Assembly (NCBI GenBank): GCA_051859245.1 | Contig: JBHYGA010000005.1 | Location: forward strand, 192,001-256,000 | DNA: 64,000 nucleotides | DNA from: Gemmatimonadaceae bacterium | GTDB taxonomy: Bacteria; Gemmatimonadota; Gemmatimonadetes; Gemmatimonadales; Gemmatimonadaceae | Direction: 5' to 3' | Part shown: in pieces, positions 48,751 to 57,422 of the stretch | How positions within the stretch are numbered: position 1 is the stretch's first letter | How the letters are laid out: each line of letters opens with the position of its first letter | The notes under the pieces: generated by a model | The model's input: only the letters and a program-made list of their open reading frames with translations | Told to the model about the DNA's origin: nothing | Databases searched by the model: none | Translations under genes and position numbers: made by a program

Positions 48751-49000
48751 TGAGATGCCCCACGTTCGTAGACAGTGAGTTAAGCTACCGCGCGTGTCCG
48801 CTCGAAGTCGAGCGGGCTGAGATACCCGAGCTTGGAGTGCCGCCGCGTCGTGTTGTAGAAGCGTTCGATGAAGTCGAAGATGTCCGCGCGTGCCGCATCA
48901 CGCGTGTCATAGTGTCGCCGGTTGACGCGTCGATCTTGAGTGTGGAGAAGAAACTCTCAGCCACTGCGTTGTCCCAGAAGTTGCCGGCGCGACTCATGCT
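48751..49000 (-). pseudogene. IS3-family right end with a frameshifted OrfB 3' fragment
   Basis: SMSRAGNFWDNAVAESFFSTLK, then after a 1-nt shift RVNRRHYDTRDAARADIFDFIERFYNTTRRHSKLGYLSP; terminal IR TGAGATGCCCCACGTTCGTAGACAG starting at 48751. Confidence 0.85.
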
Positions 49001-49232
49001 ACGTCGTTCAGCGTTTCTGCCGGCGTCTTCCATCCTAACGTCTTGCGTGGTCGGTTATTCAAGGCCAGTGCGACGGCTTGCATCTCTTGCTCACTCCATC
49101 GAGACAAGTCGGTGCTCTTGGGAAAATATTGTCGCAGCAGCCCCTTCGTATTCTCGTTGGTGCCGCGTTGCCACGGACTATGAGGGTCCGCAAAGAAGAC
49201 CTTCACATCGGACTCGATAGAGAAGCGAGCAA
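48994..49232 (-). pseudogene. IS30-family transposase C-terminal fragment
   Basis: VFFADPHSPWQRGTNENTKGLLRQYFPKSTDLS..LNNRPRKTLGWKTPAE. Confidence 0.88.
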
Positions 49233-49259
49233 CACCTTGTGGCGCATGCGTTGCCTCGA

Positions 49260-50615
49260 TTACCGCGCCTCCATGCGCATACGCCAACGTTCCGGTGGAC
49301 GCGTGGGCGCGGTGAGGTCCGGGCGTGCATCGCCGTGCCCCGGAGCATCCGGGGAGAGGCGGAGTCGCCAACGCTGCGCGGTCGTCGCGAGAATCAACAC
49401 CGCTTCCCAGGTCGCAAAGTGCTCGCCGATACACACGCGGGCGCCACCACCGAAGGGGAACCACGCGAAGCGCGGTCGGGCAGCGATCTCGGACTCGATC
49501 AACCAGCGCTCGGGGCGAAAGACCTCGGGCGTGTCCCACCAGCGCGCGTCGCGCTGTGTTACCCACGGGCTCAGCACCACGATCTCGCCGCGCCGCAGCG
49601 TCAACCCGGGGGCGGCATCGCCCAATTGCACCTCGGTGTTCGACCGTCGAAACACGAAGGGAATGGTGGGCCAGAGGCGCAATGTTTCGTCGAACAGCGC
49701 GCGTGTATATGACAGCCGTGGCAGATCTTCGAGCGTAGGTGGGCGCCCACCTAACGCATCCACCTCTTCGTGCAGCCGCGCTTCCGCCTCGGGGTGTTCG
49801 GCCAGCAGTCGCCAGGCCCATGTGAGTGCGCTTGCCGTGGTCTCGTGACCCGCGAGTACGAGCGTCATGATTTCATCGCGCACCCAGCGATCGCTCAGGG
49901 GTCGCGACGCGCTCGGTGTATCGCGTTGCGCGTCTTGGGTCGCATCACCTGCCGCATCGCGCGCCGCGAGCAGCATGGCCAGCAGGTCATCCCGCGAAAC
50001 GCCGCCGGCGCGGGCTGCGCGCGCCTGGTCAATGAGCGATACAATGCGCGCATCGAGACGGTCTCGGTGGGCCACAAATCGGCGAGCAGCGGGGAGCGGG
50101 AGGTGCTCGAGCCAGCGGGCCACCGGCAGCGTGAGCGGCCCGTAGAGCGCCAGCCCGGCGTCGAGGTAGGCCCGCACGTCGTCCACTGCGGCAGCGTCGG
50201 CATCACCAAACAGTGCCTCCCCTACAATCGACAGCGTAAGCGCCACCATCGATTCGCGCAGCGGCAGCAGCTCGCCGTCGTGGCGTGCATTGACCCAGCG
50301 GAGCGCGTGCGCTGACATCACGTCGCCATAACGCGCGAGGCGCTCGCGATGAAAGGCCGGCTGCAGTACGCGCCGTTGCCGACGATGTGCGTCGCCCTGC
50401 GCTTGCAACACTCCATCGCCGGTAATGCGTCGCACCGCCTCGAACGCGAGTCCACGGAAATCGCGCTGGCGGGACACAAGTACTTCGCGCACCGCGTCAG
50501 GATGCGCGAGGAGCCTCACCCGCGCCGGGCCGAGTTGGAGGCGCGGCGCATCACCGGTCGCAGCGGCGGCGACCAGCGCGCCGAGTGGGTCGCGCAAGAA
50601 AGCGAGCAACGCCAC
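49260..50615 (-). CDS. Cytochrome P450
   Basis: AGHETTA I-helix, ETLR, PERW, FGGGARVCIG haem ligand; GAGGAG RBS. Confidence 0.95.
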   Translation of the reverse strand: MALLAFLRDPLGALVAAAATGDAPRLQLGPARVRLLAHPDAVREVLVSRQRDFRGLAFEAVRRITGDGVLQAQGDAHRRQRRVLQPAFHRERLARYGDVMSAHALRWVNARHDGELLPLRESMVALTLSIVGEALFGDADAAAVDDVRAYLDAGLALYGPLTLPVARWLEHLPLPAARRFVAHRDRLDARIVSLIDQARAARAGGVSRDDLLAMLLAARDAAGDATQDAQRDTPSASRPLSDRWVRDEIMTLVLAGHETTASALTWAWRLLAEHPEAEARLHEEVDALGGRPPTLEDLPRLSYTRALFDETLRLWPTIPFVFRRSNTEVQLGDAAPGLTLRRGEIVVLSPWVTQRDARWWDTPEVFRPERWLIESEIAARPRFAWFPFGGGARVCIGEHFATWEAVLILATTAQRWRLRLSPDAPGHGDARPDLTAPTRPPERWRMRMEAR

Positions 50616-50806
50616 GGTTACACTCTCCTCGCAGGGGCAGGGAACGCAAACTCAACCTGCAACAGAATGCATTTGGTGGCGGTCACGGTGCCCACATCCT
50701 GATCGACAGCAAGGTCCCTGGCGCGCGGGTTCAATCACTGGAACATGTGCACAGCGCAGCGCCCCCCAACCCGCGCCATTCGACATTCAATCCACAGTCG
50801 AGTACG

Positions 50807-52018
50807 ATGCAGCGTATGCAAGCCATTCGACGTGCTTTCGCATGGGTGGCCGCCCTGGTGATCAGCGTTATCGCGACGCCCACTATCGCCACCGCCCAAC
50901 TCACCGTGCGCGTGAGCCAGCTTCCACCAGGCACACCACCGGGAGCCATCGTCTTCATTGCCGGTGACTTCAACCGGTGGAATCCGGGTGACACCGCGTG
51001 GGCGCTCCGCGCCACTGCCGATGGCGCGCTCACGCTCACGTTGCCAGCGTCCATTCGTGGACCAATCGCGTTCAAGTTCACGCGAGGAAGTTGGACCTCG
51101 GTGGAGACGACGATTGACGGCTCCGATATTCCAAATCGATCCGTCGTCATTCCTCAAGCAGGCGACACGACGTATACCACGAGCATCGCTGCGTGGAAAT
51201 CCTCCGACGGCCGCAACACGCGCACGCGTTCCACTGCGCGCCCGTCTGTGCGTATTCTGAGCGACAGCTTCGCCATGCCCGGTCTCGGTCGCACGCGCCG
51301 CGTGTGGATCTACCTGCCGCCAGGGTATGATCGCGGTACGCAGCGCTATCCCGTGGTGTACCTGCAGGATGGGCAGAACGTTTTCGACGCGGCCACGAGT
51401 TTCTCCGGCGAATGGGGAGTTGACGAAACGATCGATTCGCTCGCGGCGCGTGGCGCTGCCGGTGCCATCGTAGTTGCCGTCGACAACGGGGGCGCGCTGC
51501 GATTGAGCGAATACAATCCGTGGAAGAATGCGTCGCCCCGACTGGGAGGCGGCGAGGGAGACGCGTTCGTGGATTTCCTCGCGCGCACGCTCAAGCCGTA
51601 CATCGATGCACGGTATCGCACGCACTCTGATGCACGCAGCACCACCATCGCCGGATCGAGTATGGGCGGTCTGATTGCGTTGTACGCGTCGCTCACGCGC
51701 CCCGACGTGTTCGGCAACGCCGGCGTCTTCTCGTGCGCATGCTGGATCGCGCGCGATTCGATCATGGCGTTGGTGCAACGCACGAGCGCAGGAGGGTCGC
51801 GCGCGCGGTTCTACTTCGTGGTGGGCTCGCAAGAGGGACGCAATCGAGAACCAGAGAACGACCAGACAGCCATTGTCACGGCGCTCAACAACGCCGGATT
51901 ACGCACCGGCAGCGAGGTCGTCGCGCGTGTCGCGGCCGATGGCAGGCACGAGGAGTGGTTCTGGCGACGGGAGTTCCCGGCGGCGTACTTGTGGCTTACC
52001 GGAGCGGCCGGTCGCTAA
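50807..52018 (+). CDS. Secreted alpha/beta-hydrolase esterase with an N-terminal CBM20/48-like domain
   Basis: Signal peptide; IAGDFNRW, FKFTRGSW; YPVVYLQDGQN, GSSMGG, HEEWFW. Confidence 0.87.
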   Translation: MQRMQAIRRAFAWVAALVISVIATPTIATAQLTVRVSQLPPGTPPGAIVFIAGDFNRWNPGDTAWALRATADGALTLTLPASIRGPIAFKFTRGSWTSVETTIDGSDIPNRSVVIPQAGDTTYTTSIAAWKSSDGRNTRTRSTARPSVRILSDSFAMPGLGRTRRVWIYLPPGYDRGTQRYPVVYLQDGQNVFDAATSFSGEWGVDETIDSLAARGAAGAIVVAVDNGGALRLSEYNPWKNASPRLGGGEGDAFVDFLARTLKPYIDARYRTHSDARSTTIAGSSMGGLIALYASLTRPDVFGNAGVFSCACWIARDSIMALVQRTSAGGSRARFYFVVGSQEGRNREPENDQTAIVTALNNAGLRTGSEVVARVAADGRHEEWFWRREFPAAYLWLTGAAGR

Positions 52019-52021
52019 GGG

Positions 52022-52132
52022 GTGCGGACGCGCCGCGGGCAACACAGTATTCGCATCAACGATCAATACCGGATCTGCTTCCGGTGGGAGGAGGGCTATG
52101 CCGACGACGTCGAAGTCACGGACTACCACTAA
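52022..52132 (+). pseudogene. higB: HigB (RelE-like) toxin, C-terminal fragment only
   Basis: Manual translation RRGQHSIRINDQYRICFRWEEGYADDVEVTDYH*; bounded upstream by the in-frame esterase stop. Confidence 0.85.
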
Positions 52133-52469
52133 GGCAACCGCGATCGCTCCGCTGGTTCAACGTCGACTCCCGACGCACCGGCCGCCAACACATCCGGGCG
52201 AGATGTTGCTGGAGGAGTTCCTCAAGCCGCTCGGGATCTCGCAGTCGGCGTTCGCGATTCGGCTCGGCGTATCGTTTCCGCGCTTGAACGAGGTCATCAA
52301 CGCCAAGCGGAGCGTGACGCCGGATACTGCTCTTCGGCTCGCTCAGGTCACCGGCATGAGCGCGGATTTCTGGCTTGGCCTGCAGCAAGACTGGGATCTG
52401 TGGCACGCCCTTCGCTCCAACGAGGCGAGGCAGATTGCGCGCTTGAAGCCGCTGCCGCGCGCGGGATGA
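52098..52469 (+). CDS. higA: HigA-family antitoxin (XRE HTH)
   Basis: PTHPGEMLLEEFLKPLGISQ...RLNEVINAKRSVTPDTALRLA..FWLGLQ; GGAGGAGG RBS before ATG 52098. Confidence 0.92.
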   Translation: MPTTSKSRTTTKATAIAPLVQRRLPTHRPPTHPGEMLLEEFLKPLGISQSAFAIRLGVSFPRLNEVINAKRSVTPDTALRLAQVTGMSADFWLGLQQDWDLWHALRSNEARQIARLKPLPRAG

Positions 52470-52585
52470 CGGGCCGCTAACGCGGCTGTTCGCAGGCGGG
52501 CGATTCGTCGATCCAGCGATCTGCCAATCGACCATAAATCACTCCGAGCAACAACCGTCCGCGTTCACCCCAGGAGGCGATCCAC

Positions 52586-53038
52586 ATGAAGACGCTGCGC
52601 TTCTCCACCACCATCAACGCGCCACGCAAGAAAGTCTGGCACACCATGCTCGACGACGCGCCATATCGGGACTGGACGAGCGCATTCAACCCAGGGTCGT
52701 TCTACCGCGGCGACTGGAGCGAGGGATCAAAGATCCTCTTCCTCGGACCGGATCCGACCACGGGAACTGAGGGTGGCATGGTGAGCCGGATTGCGGAGAA
52801 TCGCCTCTACGAGTTCATCTCCGTCGAACACCTCGGCGTGGTGCAGGATGGCATCGAGGACACCACCAGCGAGCTCGCCCGAGAGTGGGCGCCGGCGTAC
52901 GAGAACTACACGTTCCGCGAGCGGGACGGCGCGACAGAAGTGCAGGTGGACATCGATGTCACGGATGATCACGCGTCAATGTTCGAGCAGATGTGGCCGC
53001 GCGCGCTCAGCCGTTTGAAGCAGTTGGCGGAAGAGTAG
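52586..53038 (+). CDS. SRPBCC/Aha1-like (START fold) protein
   Basis: AGGAGG RBS; TTINAPRKKVW, YRDWT, ENYTF, MWPRALSRLK. Confidence 0.88.
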   Translation: MKTLRFSTTINAPRKKVWHTMLDDAPYRDWTSAFNPGSFYRGDWSEGSKILFLGPDPTTGTEGGMVSRIAENRLYEFISVEHLGVVQDGIEDTTSELAREWAPAYENYTFRERDGATEVQVDIDVTDDHASMFEQMWPRALSRLKQLAEE

Positions 53039-53084
53039 GAGCGAGGCTGCTGTTTCGGATTGTGCGCGATCCGCGCCTTTGGTT

Positions 53085-53262
53085 CGTAATACCATCTTCG
53101 ACGCGATAGATGTGATGGCGGCCCACTGCGACCGTTGGTCCTTCGCATGCTCATTCACCATCCGGACGGCCCGACCACACACTTCCGGAGAAAACCGTGG
53201 TCGCTTGCTTACGACTCCAAGCTCTCACGCTTTGGGGTCTCCTGCAAACCCGGAGCGATTCA
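53085..53262 (-). pseudogene. IS3-family left end with a decayed OrfA 5' fragment
   Basis: IR TGAATCGCTCCGGGTTTGCAGGAGAC read from 53262 on the minus strand, GGAG RBS, then (GTA)SKRPRFSPEVCGRAVRMVNEHAKDQRSQWAAITSIASKM. Confidence 0.8.
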
Positions 53263-53319
53263 ACGCCTGGTCATCGAGGTGCTCAGTCTCCATCTTGACT
53301 CGTCTCCTTCACCGCCAGC

Positions 53320-56300
53320 ATGTCCCTGCCCCTCGGCCTTTACGATCAGCTACTCACCGACGCCCTCCGTCGGCGGATCGAGCAGCTCCCCGTCGGAAGC
53401 AGTACCCTCGACGCGCTATCAGCCGAGCAGGCCACACCGCTGCTCGCGCATTTGGTTTCGCAAGCGCTGGGCCGAGTGCTTGAGGACAATCAATCGCGCC
53501 ACAAGTCCGATCTCGACGCACAACTTGATCTAATCAATGCGCTACTGGTGGAACTGCGCACGCGACTTGCGGCCGATCCCGAACGCATCGACACGTTGAG
53601 CGTACCGGCCACACGTCTCCGCGCAGTTCACACCGCCGGCCAGAAAGCGCCAGCGCTCCCCCTCACCGGTCTCGCTGAACCATGGCTCTTCACCGCAGCT
53701 AAATCGTCACCGTCGCTGCTGCACGAACTGCGCACCGAGGCCTCCGCTTGCGACCAAATCGACATTCTCGTCAGCTTCATCACGGTGAGCGGGGTGCGCA
53801 AACTGATCGATGTGCTGAAGACCGTGACGGCCGGCGATGCGCAGGGGAAGGGGCGCACCAAGGTTCGTGTACTGACGACCACGTACACCGGTGCCACGCA
53901 GATTGAAGCGCTCGACCAACTCGCGGCGCTGAACGGGTGCACCGTGAAAGTGTCTCTCGACGGACGTCGCACGCGGCTGCACGCGAAGGCTTGGCTCTTT
54001 CACCGGCGCAGTGGCTTCGGCTCGGCGTACGTGGGAAGCGCTAATCTTTCGGGCGCTGCTCTTCTCGGTGGGCTCGAATGGACGGTCAAGTTCACCGAGC
54101 ATGGCCAGGAAGCACTCTACACACGCGCCAGAGCGCACTTCGACACGCTGTGGGCGGACGATGAGTTTCAGGCGTACGATCCAAACAGCGAGTCCAGCAG
54201 AACGTCGCTGCAAATCGCTCTCAAACGAGAGACCGGTACTGGTCAACCAGATGCGACGCAGTTCTTTGATATCACCGCTAAACGATATCAGGCGGACATT
54301 CTAGATCAGCTGACGCACGAACGTGAACACGGTCGCCATCGCAACCTGCTTGTTGCTGCGACGGGAACGGGCAAGACGGTGATGTCCGCGCTCGACTATC
54401 GGCGAACGGTCACGGACGCGGGTGGCGCAAGGCCGAGGTTGCTGTACGTGGCGCATCGCGAAGAGATCCTACGTCAGGCCATGCATACGTATCGGGCGGT
54501 ACTGCGCGACCACAGCTTTGGCGATCTGCTGAGCGGAGGCGCCTCGCCGTCGCAATACGACCACCTGTTCGCCACAATCCAGAGTATCACGTCGCGTGAC
54601 CTGATGACGACCAAAGGCACTGACTACTGGCACACGGTGGTGATCGACGAGTGTCATCGCATGGCCGCGCCGCAGCTCGATGCCTTTGCAACTTCCGTCC
54701 AGCCTGCGACGCTTCTCGGACTCACGGCAACGCCGGAACGCACGGACGGCAAGCCGCTGCATCCGTACTTCAACATGCGCCCCGATGGCTCACCAGCCGC
54801 TGAGCTACGTTTGTGGCACGCGCTCGACCTGCAGTTGCTCACTCCATTCGAGTACTTCGGCTGCAACGACGACACCGACTTCTCAGGTGTACCCTGGGGA
54901 GCTACCGGCGAAGTCGCAGCCGTGGATAAGCTCGTAACTGGCAATCAGGTGCGTGCCCGCATGGTGGTCGACGAATGGCAGCGCCTCACCGGAAACGCGG
55001 CAAAGTCGCGGGCGATTGTGTTCTGCGTCTCGGTGGCGCACGCGCGCTTCATGCAGGAACGCTTCACCGCTGCGGGTCTCAAGACTGTCAGTCTGACAGG
55101 TGAGAGCTCGGATGAGGAGAGGCGCGCAGCACCGCAGCAACTGGCCCGTGGCGAGATCTGCGCCATTGTTACCGTCGATCTATACAACGAAGGCTTCGAC
55201 TTGCCGGTTGTTGACACGCTGCTCTTTTTGCGTCCCACGCAGAGCCCCTTGCTCTTCCAGCAACAGCTGGGCCGAGGCCTGCGGCTCGCGCCTAACAAGA
55301 GCAGTTGTCTCGTGCTCGACTTCGTGGGGCAGCACCGCGCGGACTTCAGGTTTGATCGCCTGCTGTCGTCAATTACGGGGCTCAACAAGCGCGAGCTGCT
55401 GGACTCAGTGAAGCACGGATTTAGCACGCTGCCGAGCGGCTGCCACATCCACTTAGAGTCGCAGGCTCGAGAACGTGTCCTCAGTAGTCTGCAGGCGGCG
55501 GTGCAGCAGAGCTGGAAGCGGCTGAAGAGTGAGGTGCAGGCGTACGCTTCACTTCGCGGCACTCGACAGTTCTCGCTTGGCGAATTTCTCCACGATCAGA
55601 AGGTCGAACTCGACGAGGTCTTCCGCAACGCCACACCGAGTGGTTGGACCGCGCTGCGCAGAGAGGCCGGGCTGCTCGATGCGCGCACTGATGGAGACGG
55701 GGAGTTGGAGTTGTCTCGTTCCATGCGCTACCTACTACATGTGAACGACCCTGAACAGCTTAGTGTGATGCGCAGAGTGGCAGAGCAAGGGGCTGGGTAT
55801 CGCGCATCGTCCGTGGACGAGGGCGTGCGCGCTCAGATGCTTACTTATCAGATGTCGCCCTCGCCAGCGCAGTCGTTTGAATCGTACGTGCAGACGCTCG
55901 CTGCTGAACCCGAATGTTTGGTCGAGCTTGGGGCGCTGACGGAGATACTTGAATCCCAGAGTCGACTTGCCGGCCGATCAGTGCCCGGACTCGAGTTCGC
56001 GCCGATCGCGTTGCACGGTAGCTATCAAATACGCGAGATCCTCACCGCTGTTGGCTGGCGTTCGGCCACCAAAATCACGCCGTTTCAGGCTGGCGTGCTA
56101 CCGCTCAAGGATCGCAAGTCGGAACTGTTGTTCGTTACCCTCGACAAGAGCGACGGCTACCACGATCGGATCGCCTACCACGACTGGGCGGAGAGCGAGA
56201 CACACTTTCATTGGCAAACGCAGAACAGTGCAGGGCCGGATACAAACGCCGGCAAGCGCTATCTGGAGAGCGATACCAACGGGTGGCAATTCCAGCTCTT

Positions 56301-56466
56301 CGTGCGCTCCAACAAGGGCTCGGCGTACACCGCGTGTGGACCGGTGTGCATCGAGTCTCCGGATGATGTCACGGGCGACCGGCCAATGAATATCAGGTGG
56401 AGATTGGATGTACCACTGCCGATAGCGCTGTTTCGTGAGTTTAGTGTACTGCGCGCGGCTGGGTAG
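53320..56466 (+). CDS. PLD nuclease - SF2 helicase - DUF3427 protein (restriction-like)
   Basis: LHAKAW..GSANLS (HKD-type), AATGTGKT, DECH, GLTATP, QQLGRGLR, C-terminal FVTLDK..YHD..FHWQTQN..GDRPMNIRWRL. Confidence 0.92.
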   Translation: MSLPLGLYDQLLTDALRRRIEQLPVGSSTLDALSAEQATPLLAHLVSQALGRVLEDNQSRHKSDLDAQLDLINALLVELRTRLAADPERIDTLSVPATRLRAVHTAGQKAPALPLTGLAEPWLFTAAKSSPSLLHELRTEASACDQIDILVSFITVSGVRKLIDVLKTVTAGDAQGKGRTKVRVLTTTYTGATQIEALDQLAALNGCTVKVSLDGRRTRLHAKAWLFHRRSGFGSAYVGSANLSGAALLGGLEWTVKFTEHGQEALYTRARAHFDTLWADDEFQAYDPNSESSRTSLQIALKRETGTGQPDATQFFDITAKRYQADILDQLTHEREHGRHRNLLVAATGTGKTVMSALDYRRTVTDAGGARPRLLYVAHREEILRQAMHTYRAVLRDHSFGDLLSGGASPSQYDHLFATIQSITSRDLMTTKGTDYWHTVVIDECHRMAAPQLDAFATSVQPATLLGLTATPERTDGKPLHPYFNMRPDGSPAAELRLWHALDLQLLTPFEYFGCNDDTDFSGVPWGATGEVAAVDKLVTGNQVRARMVVDEWQRLTGNAAKSRAIVFCVSVAHARFMQERFTAAGLKTVSLTGESSDEERRAAPQQLARGEICAIVTVDLYNEGFDLPVVDTLLFLRPTQSPLLFQQQLGRGLRLAPNKSSCLVLDFVGQHRADFRFDRLLSSITGLNKRELLDSVKHGFSTLPSGCHIHLESQARERVLSSLQAAVQQSWKRLKSEVQAYASLRGTRQFSLGEFLHDQKVELDEVFRNATPSGWTALRREAGLLDARTDGDGELELSRSMRYLLHVNDPEQLSVMRRVAEQGAGYRASSVDEGVRAQMLTYQMSPSPAQSFESYVQTLAAEPECLVELGALTEILESQSRLAGRSVPGLEFAPIALHGSYQIREILTAVGWRSATKITPFQAGVLPLKDRKSELLFVTLDKSDGYHDRIAYHDWAESETHFHWQTQNSAGPDTNAGKRYLESDTNGWQFQLFVRSNKGSAYTACGPVCIESPDDVTGDRPMNIRWRLDVPLPIALFREFSVLRAAG

Positions 56467-56511
56467 TGCCGTAACGATCTGACTGGTCGCGAACTGAGTT
56501 ACTTGCAGATT

Positions 56512-56744
56512 CACTCCATCACGCGCGAGTCGAGTCCAACGGGGCGCAATATCGTGCGCACGTTGCACGCAGCAGTGGCATTCGCCTGTTTTCGCGACTC
56601 AACGCGGATGATCGTGCGTTTCACTTTCTCGGGCCCGCAACGTACGTGAGTCATGTGGGCGAACAGCCGATGGCGATCACGTGGCGGTTGCAGCATGCGC
56701 TGCCGGGCGATCTGTTTCAGGCGTTTGCTGCTGCGGTGGCGTGA
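56512..56744 (+). pseudogene. 3' remnant of a second, divergent DUF3427 gene
   Basis: HSITRESSPTGR, frameshift at ~56548, then YRAHVARSSGIRLFSRLNADDRAFHFLGPATYVSHVGEQPMAITWRLQHALPGDLFQAFAAAVA*; colinear with the C-terminus of the upstream protein. Confidence 0.8.
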
Positions 56745-56767
56745 ATCATATCTCCCCCGAGGTTCCA

Positions 56768-56986
56768 ATGACGACTACAAAATCCGAGCGGGCCGCGTTT
56801 ATCGTGGCCGTCGACGCCTTCGAGGGCGACGAGAGTGCAATCGTTCTCCACGACGGCGCGGGCGCTCCGCTGCCGGTGGTGTACTGCATTGCTCGGCAGA
56901 ATGAGACCACAGGCGTGCTGGAGTTTGTCGACTACGGCTACCGCAGCATTGCCGAAGCGCGTGAGGCGTGGCCGGATGCGCGGTGA
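56768..56986 (+). CDS. Small hypothetical protein
   Basis: GAGGT RBS, host-like codons, 72 aa. Confidence 0.6.
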   Translation: MTTTKSERAAFIVAVDAFEGDESAIVLHDGAGAPLPVVYCIARQNETTGVLEFVDYGYRSIAEAREAWPDAR

Positions 56987-57013
56987 CTACGCCCTGGCGG
57001 AGGTGGGCGCTCC

Positions 57014-57352
57014 ATGAGCCGCGCGGCCAAACGGTCCGCCAGACCGGCATCCAAGGCATCGCGCACGCGTGAGACCTGCGTTCAGCTCGAGGACATCCCA
57101 AACGTCGGGCCGTCCATCGCCGGCGACCTGCGCGGCATCGGAGTGTCACAGCCCAGCGACTTGCCCGGACGTGATCCGTACGCGCTCTTCGACGCGCTCT
57201 GCGCCACGACAGGAGTGCGCCACGACCCGTGCGTGCTCGACGTGTTCCTCTCAGCGGTGCGCTTCATGGAGGGCGCGCCCGCGCTCCCGTGGTGGCACTA
57301 TACCGCCGAGCGCAAACGCACGCTTGCGACGAAGGCGAACTCCGAGTCATAA
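57014..57352 (+). CDS. Helix-hairpin-helix protein (Cdd1 / pathogenicity-locus family)
   Basis: LEDIPNVGPSIAGDL HhH, DPYALF, HDPCVLDVF, PWWHYT; GGAGG RBS. Confidence 0.85.
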   Translation: MSRAAKRSARPASKASRTRETCVQLEDIPNVGPSIAGDLRGIGVSQPSDLPGRDPYALFDALCATTGVRHDPCVLDVFLSAVRFMEGAPALPWWHYTAERKRTLATKANSES

Positions 57353-57422
57353 CGCGTTGGGCGCGCGATAAGGGCAGCCGTTCTTCGACACTCACCATTC
57401 TCTTTGATGAGTTCTCTTCGAC

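Noticed and set aside
51675..52469. 264-aa extended HigA
   Set aside because: The upstream part overlaps the esterase in another frame; the RBS-supported start is 52098.
52470..57365. Integron cassette array (TAAC after higA; CATAACGCGTTGGGC after the HhH gene)
   Set aside because: I could not find complete attC structures with paired L/R boxes, and there is no integrase. At most these are eroded relics.
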